The position numbers and the translations under genes were made by a program. From positions 28,096 to 92,095 of the forward strand of contig CAVWKV010000080.1 of NCBI GenBank assembly GCA_963755265.1: DNA of 64,000 bases, written 5' to 3'. Every line of letters begins with the position of its first letter. The stretch's first letter is position 1. This document shows positions 48,791 through 58,101 of the stretch, in pieces. Source of the DNA: an uncultured Methanomassiliicoccales archaeon (GTDB lineage Archaea > Thermoplasmatota > Thermoplasmata > Methanomassiliicoccales > UBA472). Below the pieces are notes generated by a model that made no database searches, was not told the origin of the DNA, and was given only the letters and a program-made list of their open reading frames with translations.

Positions 48791-49903
48791 ATGCCGACCA
48801 TCGAAGATTCGATAAAGGAAGTGGAGGCAGAGATCGCCAAGACCCAGGTCAACAAGCATACCGAATATCACATCGGAAAGCTGAAGGCAAAGATAGCACG
48901 CCTCAAGGATGAGCAGGAGAAAAGGCGTTCCACTGGAGGAGGCGGAGGTAAGGGCTATTCGGTCAAGAAGTCGGGAAACGCTACCGTGGCTCTGGTTGGG
49001 TTCCCGTCGGTCGGAAAGTCCACATTGTTGAATCGGTTGACTGGTGCCGATAGCGAGGTCGGTGCATACGATTTCACTACCATCGATGTTGTCCCAGGCA
49101 TCATGGAATACAATAGCGCGAAGATCCAGATACTCGATCTGCCAGGTTTGATCCGTGATGCTTCCAAAGGGAAGGGGAGAGGACGTGAGGTGTTGTCGGT
49201 GGTCCGTTCCGCCGATCTGATACTCTTCGTTCTAGACACTTTCGATACCAATCTCCAAGTCCTTACTGGAGAACTGGAAACGGCGGGCATACGCATCAAT
49301 ACACACCCAGCCGATGTTGTGATCACCAGGACAGAGTCCGGTGGTATCGACATCAAGCCGACCGTACACTTAACAAAAATCGATGTGGATCTGGCCTCAG
49401 CAGTCGTGTCGGAGTATGGATATGTTAACGCCGAGGTGGTTATCCGGGAGGACGTTAACGTCGATCAGCTGATTGATGTCCTGACCGGTAACCGTGTCTA
49501 TTCAAAGGCTATACTGGCCATCAACAAGATCGATCTAACCGACAAGGCACATGTTGAACAGGTAATGGAGAAGTTCAAGAGCTGGAGACCGGTGCCTATC
49601 TCAGCCCAGGGAAAGATAGGCATCGACGAACTGAAGGCCCGCATCTTCGAATCTATCGACCTTATACGCATCTACCTCAAGAAGCAGGGACAGGAAGCGG
49701 ACATGAAAGAACCGCTTATCGTGCGCAGAGGCAGTACCATCGGGGAGGTCTGCGATTCCCTTCACCGGATATTCCGACAGAATTTCAGGTATTCTTTGGT
49801 TTGGGGAAAGAGTGCAAAATTCCCGGGTCAGATGGTAGGTCTCGATCATGTGCTGCAGGATCAGGATATCCTATACATCGTGATCAAAAGGACTGGAGAG
49901 TAA
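48791..49903 (+). CDS. Developmentally regulated GTP-binding protein (DRG/Rbg, Obg-like with TGS domain)
   Basis: 370 aa. HIGKLKAKIARL, G1 GFPSVGKSTLLN, G3 DLPGLI, NKID, and a C-terminal TGS-like IVRRGSTIGEVCDSLH. Confidence 0.9.
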   Translation: MPTIEDSIKEVEAEIAKTQVNKHTEYHIGKLKAKIARLKDEQEKRRSTGGGGGKGYSVKKSGNATVALVGFPSVGKSTLLNRLTGADSEVGAYDFTTIDVVPGIMEYNSAKIQILDLPGLIRDASKGKGRGREVLSVVRSADLILFVLDTFDTNLQVLTGELETAGIRINTHPADVVITRTESGGIDIKPTVHLTKIDVDLASAVVSEYGYVNAEVVIREDVNVDQLIDVLTGNRVYSKAILAINKIDLTDKAHVEQVMEKFKSWRPVPISAQGKIGIDELKARIFESIDLIRIYLKKQGQEADMKEPLIVRRGSTIGEVCDSLHRIFRQNFRYSLVWGKSAKFPGQMVGLDHVLQDQDILYIVIKRTGE

Positions 49904-50011
49904 CCCATAATCTTTCAGGCTCTTAGTCATAGGACACGAACCGGATGGATCAAGATATTGTTTCTCCCAGAGCAAAGAAAGTGTTAATACCGTCAATAAT
50001 ATTGCTCGGGC

Positions 50012-51259
50012 ATGATTCAGCGGCCGCGCGGGACAAGGGACTTCGCCCCTGACGAGATGGAAACGAGGAGGTACTTTGAATCACTCATGAGGGACGTCGC
50101 CAGGACCCACGGGTTTCGAGAGGTCTCCACTCCCATCTTCGAAACAACAGACCTCTTCGTTATGAAGTCCGGCCCGGGCATCGTCGAGGAAATGTATGCT
50201 TTTAAGGACAAGGGCGACCGTGAGATCTGCCTACGGCCTGAATTGACCGCGCCAGTTATCCGGTTCTTCGTGAGCGATCTGACGACCTATCCACGTCCGC
50301 TCAAAATGTTCTATTTTGGCCAGTGCTTCCGCTACGAGAGGCCACAGTCGGGCCGCTACCGTGAGTTCTTCCAGTTCGGAGCTGAGCTGATAGGGGCGCC
50401 GACCCCCGAGTCGGATGCGGAGATCATCGGCCTGGCCGCCTCAATCATCAAGCGTACGGGATTGAATGATTACCGCATCCGAGTGGGCCATATCGGTATC
50501 CTACGCTCGATGCTTGCCTCCGCTGGCGCCAAGCCTGATGACATGCTCAAGATTCTGCAAAAACTGGACAAAAAGCTCTATGATGAGGCCAGGCCAATGA
50601 TGAGAGAGGCAGGTATAGCCGAAGACGACCTGGAACGCATAGTCAGGACTACGCAGATCACCGGGCCGATGTCGCTCTTGAATGAGTTCTCCGGAGAGGC
50701 AAAGGAGCATTTGGAACAGGTATTTTCCGTGCTGCACGCTTATGGATTCGACAATGTCTCGGTCGACCTGGGCGTGGTCCGGGGATTGGCTTATTACACG
50801 GGAATGGTCTTCGAGGCAGACGCTCCAGCATTGGGCGCGGAGAAACAGATCTGCGGAGGCGGTTCATACTCGCTCTCTGAGCTTTTCGGCGGGGAGAAGG
50901 TCTTCTCCAGCGGATTCGGGATTGGCTTCGACCGAATCCTGCTTGCCTTGCAGCGTGAGGGAACAACCTCCCCGAAGACCGGTATTCAGGCATACGTGGT
51001 CCCGGTCAACGAGAAAATGCGAGAGCGCGCGTTCAGCATCGTCGCCGACCTGAGGGGGTCCGGAATCGTCGCTGACATTGATTTAATGAGGCGAAACATG
51101 GCCAAGAATCTCAAGTATGCCGATTCGATAGGAGCGCGCTATGCCATCGTGGTAGGGGAGAAAGAAGCAGAGATCGATTCGGTCACGCTTCGGGACATGG
51201 TCTCTGGCAAACAGACACTCGTCAAGACCAGCGACCTTGTGGACCTCCTAGGAAAATGA
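50012..51259 (+). CDS. hisS: Histidine--tRNA ligase
   Basis: 415 aa. RPRGTRDFAPDEM, CFRYERPQSGRYREFFQFG, GLAYYTG, GGGSY; class II motifs. Confidence 0.95.
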   Translation: MIQRPRGTRDFAPDEMETRRYFESLMRDVARTHGFREVSTPIFETTDLFVMKSGPGIVEEMYAFKDKGDREICLRPELTAPVIRFFVSDLTTYPRPLKMFYFGQCFRYERPQSGRYREFFQFGAELIGAPTPESDAEIIGLAASIIKRTGLNDYRIRVGHIGILRSMLASAGAKPDDMLKILQKLDKKLYDEARPMMREAGIAEDDLERIVRTTQITGPMSLLNEFSGEAKEHLEQVFSVLHAYGFDNVSVDLGVVRGLAYYTGMVFEADAPALGAEKQICGGGSYSLSELFGGEKVFSSGFGIGFDRILLALQREGTTSPKTGIQAYVVPVNEKMRERAFSIVADLRGSGIVADIDLMRRNMAKNLKYADSIGARYAIVVGEKEAEIDSVTLRDMVSGKQTLVKTSDLVDLLGK

Positions 51260-51584
51260 TGGTTGCTGGTGCCGGGGACCGGATTGGGGGATTCGATGTT
51301 GAAGAACCGAATATAGGAGGAAAGTTTGAGACACCGGCCCCCGGACACCAAGCGGACGAAATGCCATCTTATATAAATAATTAAGCAATAACGGCAAAAA
51401 TATTATGGATTATCTTCTATTCGTTCAACATTTCTTCAAAATTGAATTCAAATGATTTTCCCTTCTGTTTCCTTCTGGATATACGCTAATAAAATATCGG
51501 ACCACCTCCCCGAAGGATGGGGGACTGTAAATCTCAATGAGTTCCTCTAAATGGACTACGAAATAGGAACAAGACCTGCCTTCA

Positions 51585-51782
51585 TCATTCTACGTCGAAG
51601 TATATCCTCATCAGGGCTCGGTAGTCGATGATCTTCCCATCAGCGCATTTACATTCAAACTCTGATGCCCGTGCCCACTGGATGTTTCGCACTGATCTTG
51701 CCGCAGTGTCAATGGCGTCTCTGGCCGCATCCTCAAACCCGTTCTTGGATATCCCGACTATCTCGATCACTTTTTGTACCAT
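51585..51782 (-). CDS. Dodecin (flavin-binding)
   Basis: 65 aa. VQKVIEIVGISKNGFEDAARDAIDTAARSVRNIQWARASEFECKCADGKIIDYRALMRIYFDVE matches the dodecin family pattern. Confidence 0.8.
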   Translation of the reverse strand: MVQKVIEIVGISKNGFEDAARDAIDTAARSVRNIQWARASEFECKCADGKIIDYRALMRIYFDVE

Positions 51783-51830
51783 TCCATCACCGTTATGGAC
51801 TTGGTTTTGTCGGCTAGAAATAATTGTTGC

Positions 51831-52259
51831 TTAGGAATCGCTCTTGCTTTGCTTCATTGAGATGTCGAGTTCATGATTCAGTAAAGCATCGGCCCTAGTT
51901 ATTACCGGATGTTCCCGTCTTGCATGAAGAATCACTGTTTTCCTGAAACCCGTGAACCGCAATCTTGCCTCCCTATGAAGTGGAACGAGATTAGGGGATT
52001 TGACAACGTACAGTCCCTGCATCTGCTTGACCACCAATTCACTGTCCATTGTTACTTCGATCTCGTCCGCACCGTTCTCCTTGGCTGCGGCAAGTCCTGC
52101 CAGTAGACCATTGTATTCCGCTTCATTGTTAGTGGCCTCACCGATGAACATGGCCTTCTCCAATATAGTCCTCCCGTCCTCAGATTGTAGGACAAATGCG
52201 AACGCTGAAGGACCTGGGTTTCCCCTGGACCCACCATCGGTGAACAATCTTAATTTCAT
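51831..52259 (-). CDS. rnhA: Ribonuclease HI family protein
   Basis: 142 aa. LFTDGGSRGNPGPSAFAFV...ATNNEAEYNGLLAGL...MDSELVVKQM (DEDD catalytic pattern). Confidence 0.85.
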   Translation of the reverse strand: MKLRLFTDGGSRGNPGPSAFAFVLQSEDGRTILEKAMFIGEATNNEAEYNGLLAGLAAAKENGADEIEVTMDSELVVKQMQGLYVVKSPNLVPLHREARLRFTGFRKTVILHARREHPVITRADALLNHELDISMKQSKSDS

Positions 52260-52295
52260 TAAACGTGGATTGAATGAACATATAGAAAAAATTGC

Positions 52296-52637
52296 CTAAA
52301 GCCGCTTCACGTAGCGGTTCTTCTCGTCCACAAGGATGGCCTTCTGTTCCACTGGGACATCACCGTACTCGAATGCCATTATAATTATTTTGTCACCCTT
52401 ATGGACTAGTTTGGCGGCCGCCCCATTGATCATTATCTGGCCAGATCCAGCCTTGCCCTCTACGGCATAGGTCTCGAAACGTGCGGCGTTGTCTACGTCG
52501 GAAATGAGGACCCTCTCTCCGGGCCATATATCGGCCGCACGCAGAAGGTCCTGGTCGATGACGATACTGCCGATATACTCAGTGTTCGTCTCGGTGACGG
52601 TCGCGCGGTGGATCTTGCCCCGCAATAGACAGCGCAT
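52296..52637 (-). CDS. panD: Aspartate 1-decarboxylase, pyruvoyl-dependent (bacterial PanD type)
   Basis: ORF 52296..52709; start MRCLLRGKIHRATVTETNTEYIGSIVIDQDLL at 52637. Collinear with E. coli PanD as I recall it ([25 protein letters not shown]), including the G-S self-cleavage site. Confidence 0.9.
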   Translation of the reverse strand: MRCLLRGKIHRATVTETNTEYIGSIVIDQDLLRAADIWPGERVLISDVDNAARFETYAVEGKAGSGQIMINGAAAKLVHKGDKIIIMAFEYGDVPVEQKAILVDEKNRYVKRL

Positions 52638-52854
52638 GAATGTAAGCAAACAGACCTCCCTCAAGAATCTTTCCTTTTGACTTCCTTTCGGAGTACGGTT
52701 CTTTTGCATGTAAGAGTGTTATTACAACTGAATAATGAATCCAAGCGAATTCAGACTAAGCTTTACGATATCATATCATAATCATCACATTCCTGACGTT
52801 GTATCGAAGCAAGATTTATTGATTAAGAAGCGTAAATGACCCTGAGGTCCGAAG

Positions 52855-53943
52855 ATGCCCAATCCAACTGCCTTCTATTATAGCGATGGCATGCTCAAGT
52901 ATCAGTTCGGACCAGACCATCCCTCTCAGCCAATAAGATATCGTTTGATCAAAGAAACGTTGGAAGGGATGGGAGTTTTCGGGGAAAATCTGGTTATGAT
53001 ACGACCAGAGCCAGCGGATATTTACCAGATAGAGCGCGTCCACAGCCCTGAATATATCGAAAGGATTCGGGCAGCATGCGCTAGAGGTCATGGCTACCTT
53101 GATGACGGAGATACACCAGCTACCCAGACGCTGTTCGAAGGAACATTGGCATGTGTTGGCGGGACCCTTGAAGCGGTCCGTGCGGTCGCCGAGGGACGAT
53201 ATGTGCACGCCATGAATCCTTCTGGCGGATTCCACCATGCCCGACCTGATGGGGCAGCAGGATTCTCTGTGTTCAACGATGTAGCGATCGCTGTCCGAAT
53301 GCTCCAGCAGGACTATGGGTTCAAGAGGATAGCAGTCGTGGACACCGATGGCCACCACGGAGACGGCACCCAGTCCATATTCTATGACGAGAAAGTACTC
53401 ACCATCTCATTCCACCGTTACGGCAACGGTTTCTTCCCTTCAACCGGCTCGATAAAAGAGATAGGCAAAGGGGAGGGATGCGGGTATTGTATCAATGTGC
53501 CACTTCCTTGCGGGACTCAGGACGAGGTCTATGTTCCCGCGTTCCGTAAGATCATCACCGAGGCGATGCGGGAATACAAACCGGATTTCATCATTCATCT
53601 GTTCGGAACCGATGCTCATAGGGACGATGATATGGTCAGACTGGGCCTCACCACTAAAGCCTTCGAGCGTATGGCCGAGATAACCCATCACTTGGCTCAT
53701 CAATGGAGCGGGGGAAAATATGTTGTAGTAGGCGGGGGCGGTTACAACATCAGTGCGACCAGACGGAGCTGGGCGATCGCGGCGTGTGTCGTTTCCGGAT
53801 CGTACCCCGACGATCCAGAGGGATTGCATCACCTGCAGGACCCATGCATTTACCATCGGACCGAGATAGGCGTCCGAGAGGCAGATGCCGCGGTGCGCAA
53901 CGTGATGGACAACGTTCTTCCGATGATGCGCGGCGCCCCTTGA
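52855..53943 (+). CDS. Histone deacetylase family protein (AcuC / acetylpolyamine amidohydrolase-like)
   Basis: 362 aa. GGFHHARPDGAAGFSVFNDVA, DTDGHHGDGTQ, GTDAHRDD. Confidence 0.85.
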   Translation: MPNPTAFYYSDGMLKYQFGPDHPSQPIRYRLIKETLEGMGVFGENLVMIRPEPADIYQIERVHSPEYIERIRAACARGHGYLDDGDTPATQTLFEGTLACVGGTLEAVRAVAEGRYVHAMNPSGGFHHARPDGAAGFSVFNDVAIAVRMLQQDYGFKRIAVVDTDGHHGDGTQSIFYDEKVLTISFHRYGNGFFPSTGSIKEIGKGEGCGYCINVPLPCGTQDEVYVPAFRKIITEAMREYKPDFIIHLFGTDAHRDDDMVRLGLTTKAFERMAEITHHLAHQWSGGKYVVVGGGGYNISATRRSWAIAACVVSGSYPDDPEGLHHLQDPCIYHRTEIGVREADAAVRNVMDNVLPMMRGAP

Positions 53944-54185
53944 TTATCAACGTTGAAAACCAACCAAATATCTGGAACGCTTCGATATCAGATTATTCTT
54001 AGGCATACCGCCAGACGAAGCCTACGAGCGTCTTCAGGAGCTGACCGAGCGTATCAAGTACGACCATTCCGATCGACAAGACAATATTAGCGGTCGGTTT
54101 ATTTTTAGTTATATAATAATATATATTTAATAATATAAATCAATAATAATTTGTCATGAGCATCAGGGAATATTATAAAAGTGCA

Positions 54186-54261
54186 TGGCGCCCCGGTCGG
54201 GATTTGGACCCGAGTCCCTAGCTCGACAGGCTAGGATGATAGGCCGCTACACTACCGGGGC
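54186..54261 (-). tRNA. tRNA-Asp (anticodon GUC), CCA encoded
   Basis: Minus strand: GCCCCGG-UA-GUGU-AGCGGCCUA-UCAU-C-CUAGC-CUGUCGA-GCUAG-GGAC-UCGGG-UCCAAAU-CCCGA-CCGGGGC-G-CCA. The 7-bp acceptor, 5-bp anticodon and 5-bp T stems all pair. A TATA-like TTATTAAT lies upstream and a T-run downstream. Confidence 0.85.
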
Positions 54262-54421
54262 TTATGCCTGTCTCCACAATTAATAAGTCATATTTATGGA
54301 TTGAGGTAAACCAGTCCTTGGATGGACAGATGCAAGATACATTTCGTTGACATTCTGGAAAAGATTTTTATGGTGTCTTCCGTTCATTCCAACACTGCGC
54401 TAGGCAGTGGATGGAATCAGC

Positions 54422-55228
54422 ATGGCAGACCGGAAGCTAAGGGTCGAGGACTATATGGTCAGAGACGTCATCCAGATCCCGGGAGAATACACCGTTGCGC
54501 AGACCACCGAGAAATTGATCTCCACCGAATTCCATGGCCTGCCGGTTACCGAGGAGGGCCATCTCATCGGATTCATAACCGCAAAGGAGCTGCTCCGCAA
54601 CGCCAACCAGCCCGATGAGCTCGTTCGTAACATCATAAAAAGGGGCACCGTTAGCGTCAACCCCCAGATGGACCTCGACGATGCCGCCCGAGTCCTGTTC
54701 CGTCACGGCCTCAGGAACGTCCCGGTAGTGGATGGAAAGGGCATTCTGGTCGGCATCATTTCGAATCTAGATATCGTGCGTTCACACATAGAACGAGCTA
54801 CACCGAACAAAGTAAACATGATCAAGAACTTCCTAGAAGCGAAGCACGGCATCACAATCGTGGTAAAACGGCGTTTGATCCCGATCGAGGACCTCAGGCC
54901 GACCCAGCATGAGGTCTACGCCGACGAGCTATTCGGTCGAATGGAGGAGATAAAGCGCGGCTTGGTAGAACCGATTATTGTGATCCAGAAGAAAGATCAC
55001 TACATTCTCGTCGACGGTCATCACCGGGCATTGGCGTCGAAGAAGATGGGCGTGAAACAGTTCACCGCATTCGTGCTAGAGCCGAGCGTCGATGTCGAGC
55101 TCGGTTTGGAACGTTCCGCCGATGAAAGGAACCTGCACACACTGGACGATGTCAAGATCATCGATGGCTCGCACCATCCGCTAATCGAGATCACCACCAG
55201 GTTCATGAAGGACGAGACTAACGTCTAA
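54422..55228 (+). CDS. CBS-pair domain fused to ParB/sulfiredoxin-like domain
   Basis: ORF 54407..55228 (GTG; ATG 54422). Two CBS motifs (YMVRDVIQIP...GLPVTEEGHLIGFIT; VSVNPQMDL...NVPVVDGKGILVGIIS), then IPIEDLRPTQ...ILVDGHHRALA (ParB N-domain GxxR-box region). Confidence 0.75.
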   Translation: MADRKLRVEDYMVRDVIQIPGEYTVAQTTEKLISTEFHGLPVTEEGHLIGFITAKELLRNANQPDELVRNIIKRGTVSVNPQMDLDDAARVLFRHGLRNVPVVDGKGILVGIISNLDIVRSHIERATPNKVNMIKNFLEAKHGITIVVKRRLIPIEDLRPTQHEVYADELFGRMEEIKRGLVEPIIVIQKKDHYILVDGHHRALASKKMGVKQFTAFVLEPSVDVELGLERSADERNLHTLDDVKIIDGSHHPLIEITTRFMKDETNV

Positions 55229-55278
55229 GTCTTGACCATTCCATAATGCTAGAATGAAGATGTTTGATCCGAGGAGGA

Positions 55279-57603
55279 TCACTCCTTTGATTTCCTAACC
55301 GCTTCCAATAATAGTCTCTGTTCGGCTGAGGCGATTATCGGGATGGTATCAATCACGGTGTCCGGATTCAGGCTGATGCTGTCGATGCCCGCCTTCACAA
55401 GGAACTCAGTGAACTCCGGATAGACGGAGGGCGCCTGTCCGCAGATAGAGACCGACCTTCCTTTCTTGTGGGCCTCGGTTATCAGGATCTGGATGGCGCG
55501 TTTTATGGCGTCGTTCCTCTCATCGAAGTAGCCCATTTTACCAAGTACGTCGGAATCCCGGTCCGCTCCCATGGTCAGTTGGGTCAGGTCATTGCTGCCG
55601 ATGGAGAAACCATCGCAGTAATCAGCGAACTCCGCAGCCATGAATATGTTACAAGGGATCTCTGCCATCAGATACAGCTTGAAGTCCCGGTTCCTCTCCA
55701 GACCGACCTCGCTCATCATGGCAGTGATCTTTTTCAACTCATCTATCGTCCTTACGAACGGTAGCATGACCATGACATTCTTCAGCCCCATCTCGTCGCG
55801 CACCTTCTTGATCGCCCTCAATTCGAGCTTGAAGGCCTCGCGATATGAATCGGACACATAACGGGAGCATCCCCTCCATCCGATCATCGGGTTGGACTCC
55901 TTGGGCTCATACTTCTCGCCCCCCTTCATCTCCCGATACTCGTTGGTCTTGAAGTCCGAGGTCCTTAGTATCACTGGCCTGGGGAAGAAAGCCTTGCCCA
56001 CGACGGCGATCCCGCTGGCTAGCCGGTCCACCAACTCCTGCGACTTGCCCTTTTCCATCATCGCCAGTGGATGCTCTTGGATATAGCTGGTGAACAGGAA
56101 CTCGATACGCATCAGGCCCACGCCCGACACCGGCAGCCCGCAATATTCTTCAGCTTTCTGGGGGACGCCTATGTTCACATAGACCTTGGTCCCAGTAACC
56201 GGTGCGGCCATGCCGAAACCCTTCACGGACTTGGAATCGCAGGGGGTCTCTTCCTTCTTCTTGACAGCGATCTCGCCCTCATAGACCACTCCTGTCTTTC
56301 CCTCGACGGTGACAAGCATTCCTTCCTTTAGGATCGTTGTCGAATCCGATGCGCCCACCACGCACGGGATTCCCAATTCCCTGGCCACGATGGCGGCATG
56401 GCATGTCATTCCGCCCTCGTCCGTGACGATGGCGGCGGCGCGCGTCATTGCCGGCACCATGTCGGGCGTGGTCATCTTGGTGACCATTATGTCGCCCTTC
56501 TTGACGACCTCCAGGTTCATCTCGTCAGCTACGTGCCTGACCCGCCCGCTAGCGGTACCAGGGGACGCTGCCAGTCCCTTGACCAAGATCTTGTCTGATT
56601 TCATTTCCGCTACCATGGTATCCTGCTTCCCATTCTTTTCCCCATTGCTGCTCAGTGTGGTGACAGGTCTTGCCTGGACCACGAATACTTGACCGTCCTC
56701 GATGCACCATTCTATATCCATCGGCCGGTCGTAGTGGACCTCAATGTTCTTACCTATGTCCGCGACCTCAAAAATCTGGTCGTCGGTGAGTTTCTGCGCA
56801 CCAATCAGTTCAGGAGCGATATCCTCCTTGATAGTGTCTCCAACCTTCCCCCGGACGAACTTCCAGGTCTGCTTGGCAATACGCTTGTTGATAATCTTAT
56901 TGTGAAACTTCTCGACTACATAGGTATCAGGAGTTACCTTTCCGCTTACGATGGCCTCTCCAAGACCGTATCCAGCCTCGATGATAATATGAGGCATCTC
57001 AGAGTTGGGATCTACGGTGAACATGATCCCGGAAATGTCCGAGTTCACCATTTTCTGGACTACCACGGCGAGCTTCACCGCCGAGTGATCGAAGTTCTTG
57101 GTGACCCGGTAGGCAATGGCCCGCGGCGTGAAAAGAGAGCCCCAACATTTTTTAATCTTGTCCATAAGGTCCTCGGAGTTGGGGACGTTCAGATAGGTAT
57201 CCTGCTGCCCGGCGAACGAAGCGGTGGGAAGATCCTCAGCAGTGGCGCTGGAGCGTACGGCGACAAGGCAGGCCTTCTTGCCTTTGAACATGCGGCTGTA
57301 TTCCTTCACTACATCTTGCGCCAGGTCGGTCGGGATTTCCCCGTCCTCGAAGGCCTTCCGGATCGTGGCTGACGCGCCCTGAAGGGACTGTTCAGAGTTT
57401 ACATCGACCGATGCCAACACCTCTTCGATCTTGGGAACAAGGTTGTTGGCAGAGAGGAAATCATCATAGGAGAGGGTAGTAAGCACAAATCCGGGGGGCA
57501 CATTGAACCCCGCAGAAACCAGTTCTCCCAGGTTCGCAGCCTTTCCTCCTGCGATAGGGATATCGTTCTTGCTCAAGTCTGCGATGCTAGTAATTCGCTT
57601 CAT
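55279..57603 (-). CDS. ppsA: Phosphoenolpyruvate synthase (pyruvate, water dikinase)
   Basis: 774 aa. IAGGKAANLGEL, phosphohistidine loop TDEGGMTCHAAIVARELGIPCVVG, PEP-utilising TIM barrel GLMRIEF...GSNDLTQ. Confidence 0.95.
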   Translation of the reverse strand: MKRITSIADLSKNDIPIAGGKAANLGELVSAGFNVPPGFVLTTLSYDDFLSANNLVPKIEEVLASVDVNSEQSLQGASATIRKAFEDGEIPTDLAQDVVKEYSRMFKGKKACLVAVRSSATAEDLPTASFAGQQDTYLNVPNSEDLMDKIKKCWGSLFTPRAIAYRVTKNFDHSAVKLAVVVQKMVNSDISGIMFTVDPNSEMPHIIIEAGYGLGEAIVSGKVTPDTYVVEKFHNKIINKRIAKQTWKFVRGKVGDTIKEDIAPELIGAQKLTDDQIFEVADIGKNIEVHYDRPMDIEWCIEDGQVFVVQARPVTTLSSNGEKNGKQDTMVAEMKSDKILVKGLAASPGTASGRVRHVADEMNLEVVKKGDIMVTKMTTPDMVPAMTRAAAIVTDEGGMTCHAAIVARELGIPCVVGASDSTTILKEGMLVTVEGKTGVVYEGEIAVKKKEETPCDSKSVKGFGMAAPVTGTKVYVNIGVPQKAEEYCGLPVSGVGLMRIEFLFTSYIQEHPLAMMEKGKSQELVDRLASGIAVVGKAFFPRPVILRTSDFKTNEYREMKGGEKYEPKESNPMIGWRGCSRYVSDSYREAFKLELRAIKKVRDEMGLKNVMVMLPFVRTIDELKKITAMMSEVGLERNRDFKLYLMAEIPCNIFMAAEFADYCDGFSIGSNDLTQLTMGADRDSDVLGKMGYFDERNDAIKRAIQILITEAHKKGRSVSICGQAPSVYPEFTEFLVKAGIDSISLNPDTVIDTIPIIASAEQRLLLEAVRKSKE

Positions 57604-57743
57604 TGTTTAGTCCCCTCTCAAGAACGGATTTGGACTCAAGGGAAAGAGCGTTCCTTCCCGTGTGCCGATTGGCAATAAGCGCATCGGCTATTAAGTTTTC
57701 CGAGAACGTAGCATTTTTGGTAGAAAACGCGTTATATTTCCAG

Positions 57744-57765
57744 CCAGGTCAGGGGCTTGACCTGG
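57744..57765. promoter_or_regulatory. Perfect 8-bp inverted repeat CCAGGTCA-ggggct-TGACCTGG in the ppsA/por divergent region
   Basis: Read directly; about 140 nt upstream of the ppsA ATG and about 340 nt upstream of the porG GTG. Confidence 0.3.
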
Positions 57766-58013
57766 ATGAGGGGAAGAAGGAACCTGAAAAGAACTTGGAA
57801 CGTTATTAATCTTACAATTAACATATTAGTATGTTTTATGCCAACTCCAAAGTCAATTCTCTGATTCCGCCCGAGATTCAAGACCTCCGAGCTATGCCAT
57901 TGCATGTCAAAGTTGAACTTTTCGTAACAGGATATTCGAGAATCGAATGGCCGCTTCGCTATTCATAGCTATTTTCGAATTTGTAAGGTCAATGGATAGC
58001 GTTATTGTCAATA

Positions 58014-58052
58014 TTCGTAATGAATTTAATGTCTTTCGTAATAGAATAAATG
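58014..58052 (+). promoter_or_regulatory. Tandem imperfect 18-nt repeat TTCGTAATGAATTTAATG / TTCGTAATAGAATAAATG (BRE/TATA-like) upstream of porG
   Basis: Two units spaced 21 nt apart, 50-90 nt upstream of GTG 58102. Related TTCGTAA copies occur at 57921 and at 20176. Confidence 0.3.
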
Positions 58053-58101
58053 AAATGATTAAATATCAAGATATTTTTCAAGGTGTTGCGAGGGCGTTGA
58101 A

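Noticed and set aside
48617-48871. 84-aa minus-strand ORF overlapping the DRG GTPase start.
   Set aside because: Its 5' part is antisense to a well-supported gene, and the remainder (48617-48790) has no recognisable motif. It may be another gene fragment in the decayed gap, but this is not supportable.
54098-54160. Extremely AT-rich low-complexity stretch (ttatataataatatatatttaataatataaatcaataataattt) as a possible replication origin or integration scar next to tRNA-Asp.
   Set aside because: There are no ORB-like repeats and no cdc6/orc1 nearby. I could find no duplicated tRNA 3' fragment (att site), and there is no integrase. It lies in a convergent 3'-3' spacer and is adequately explained as a bidirectional terminator region.
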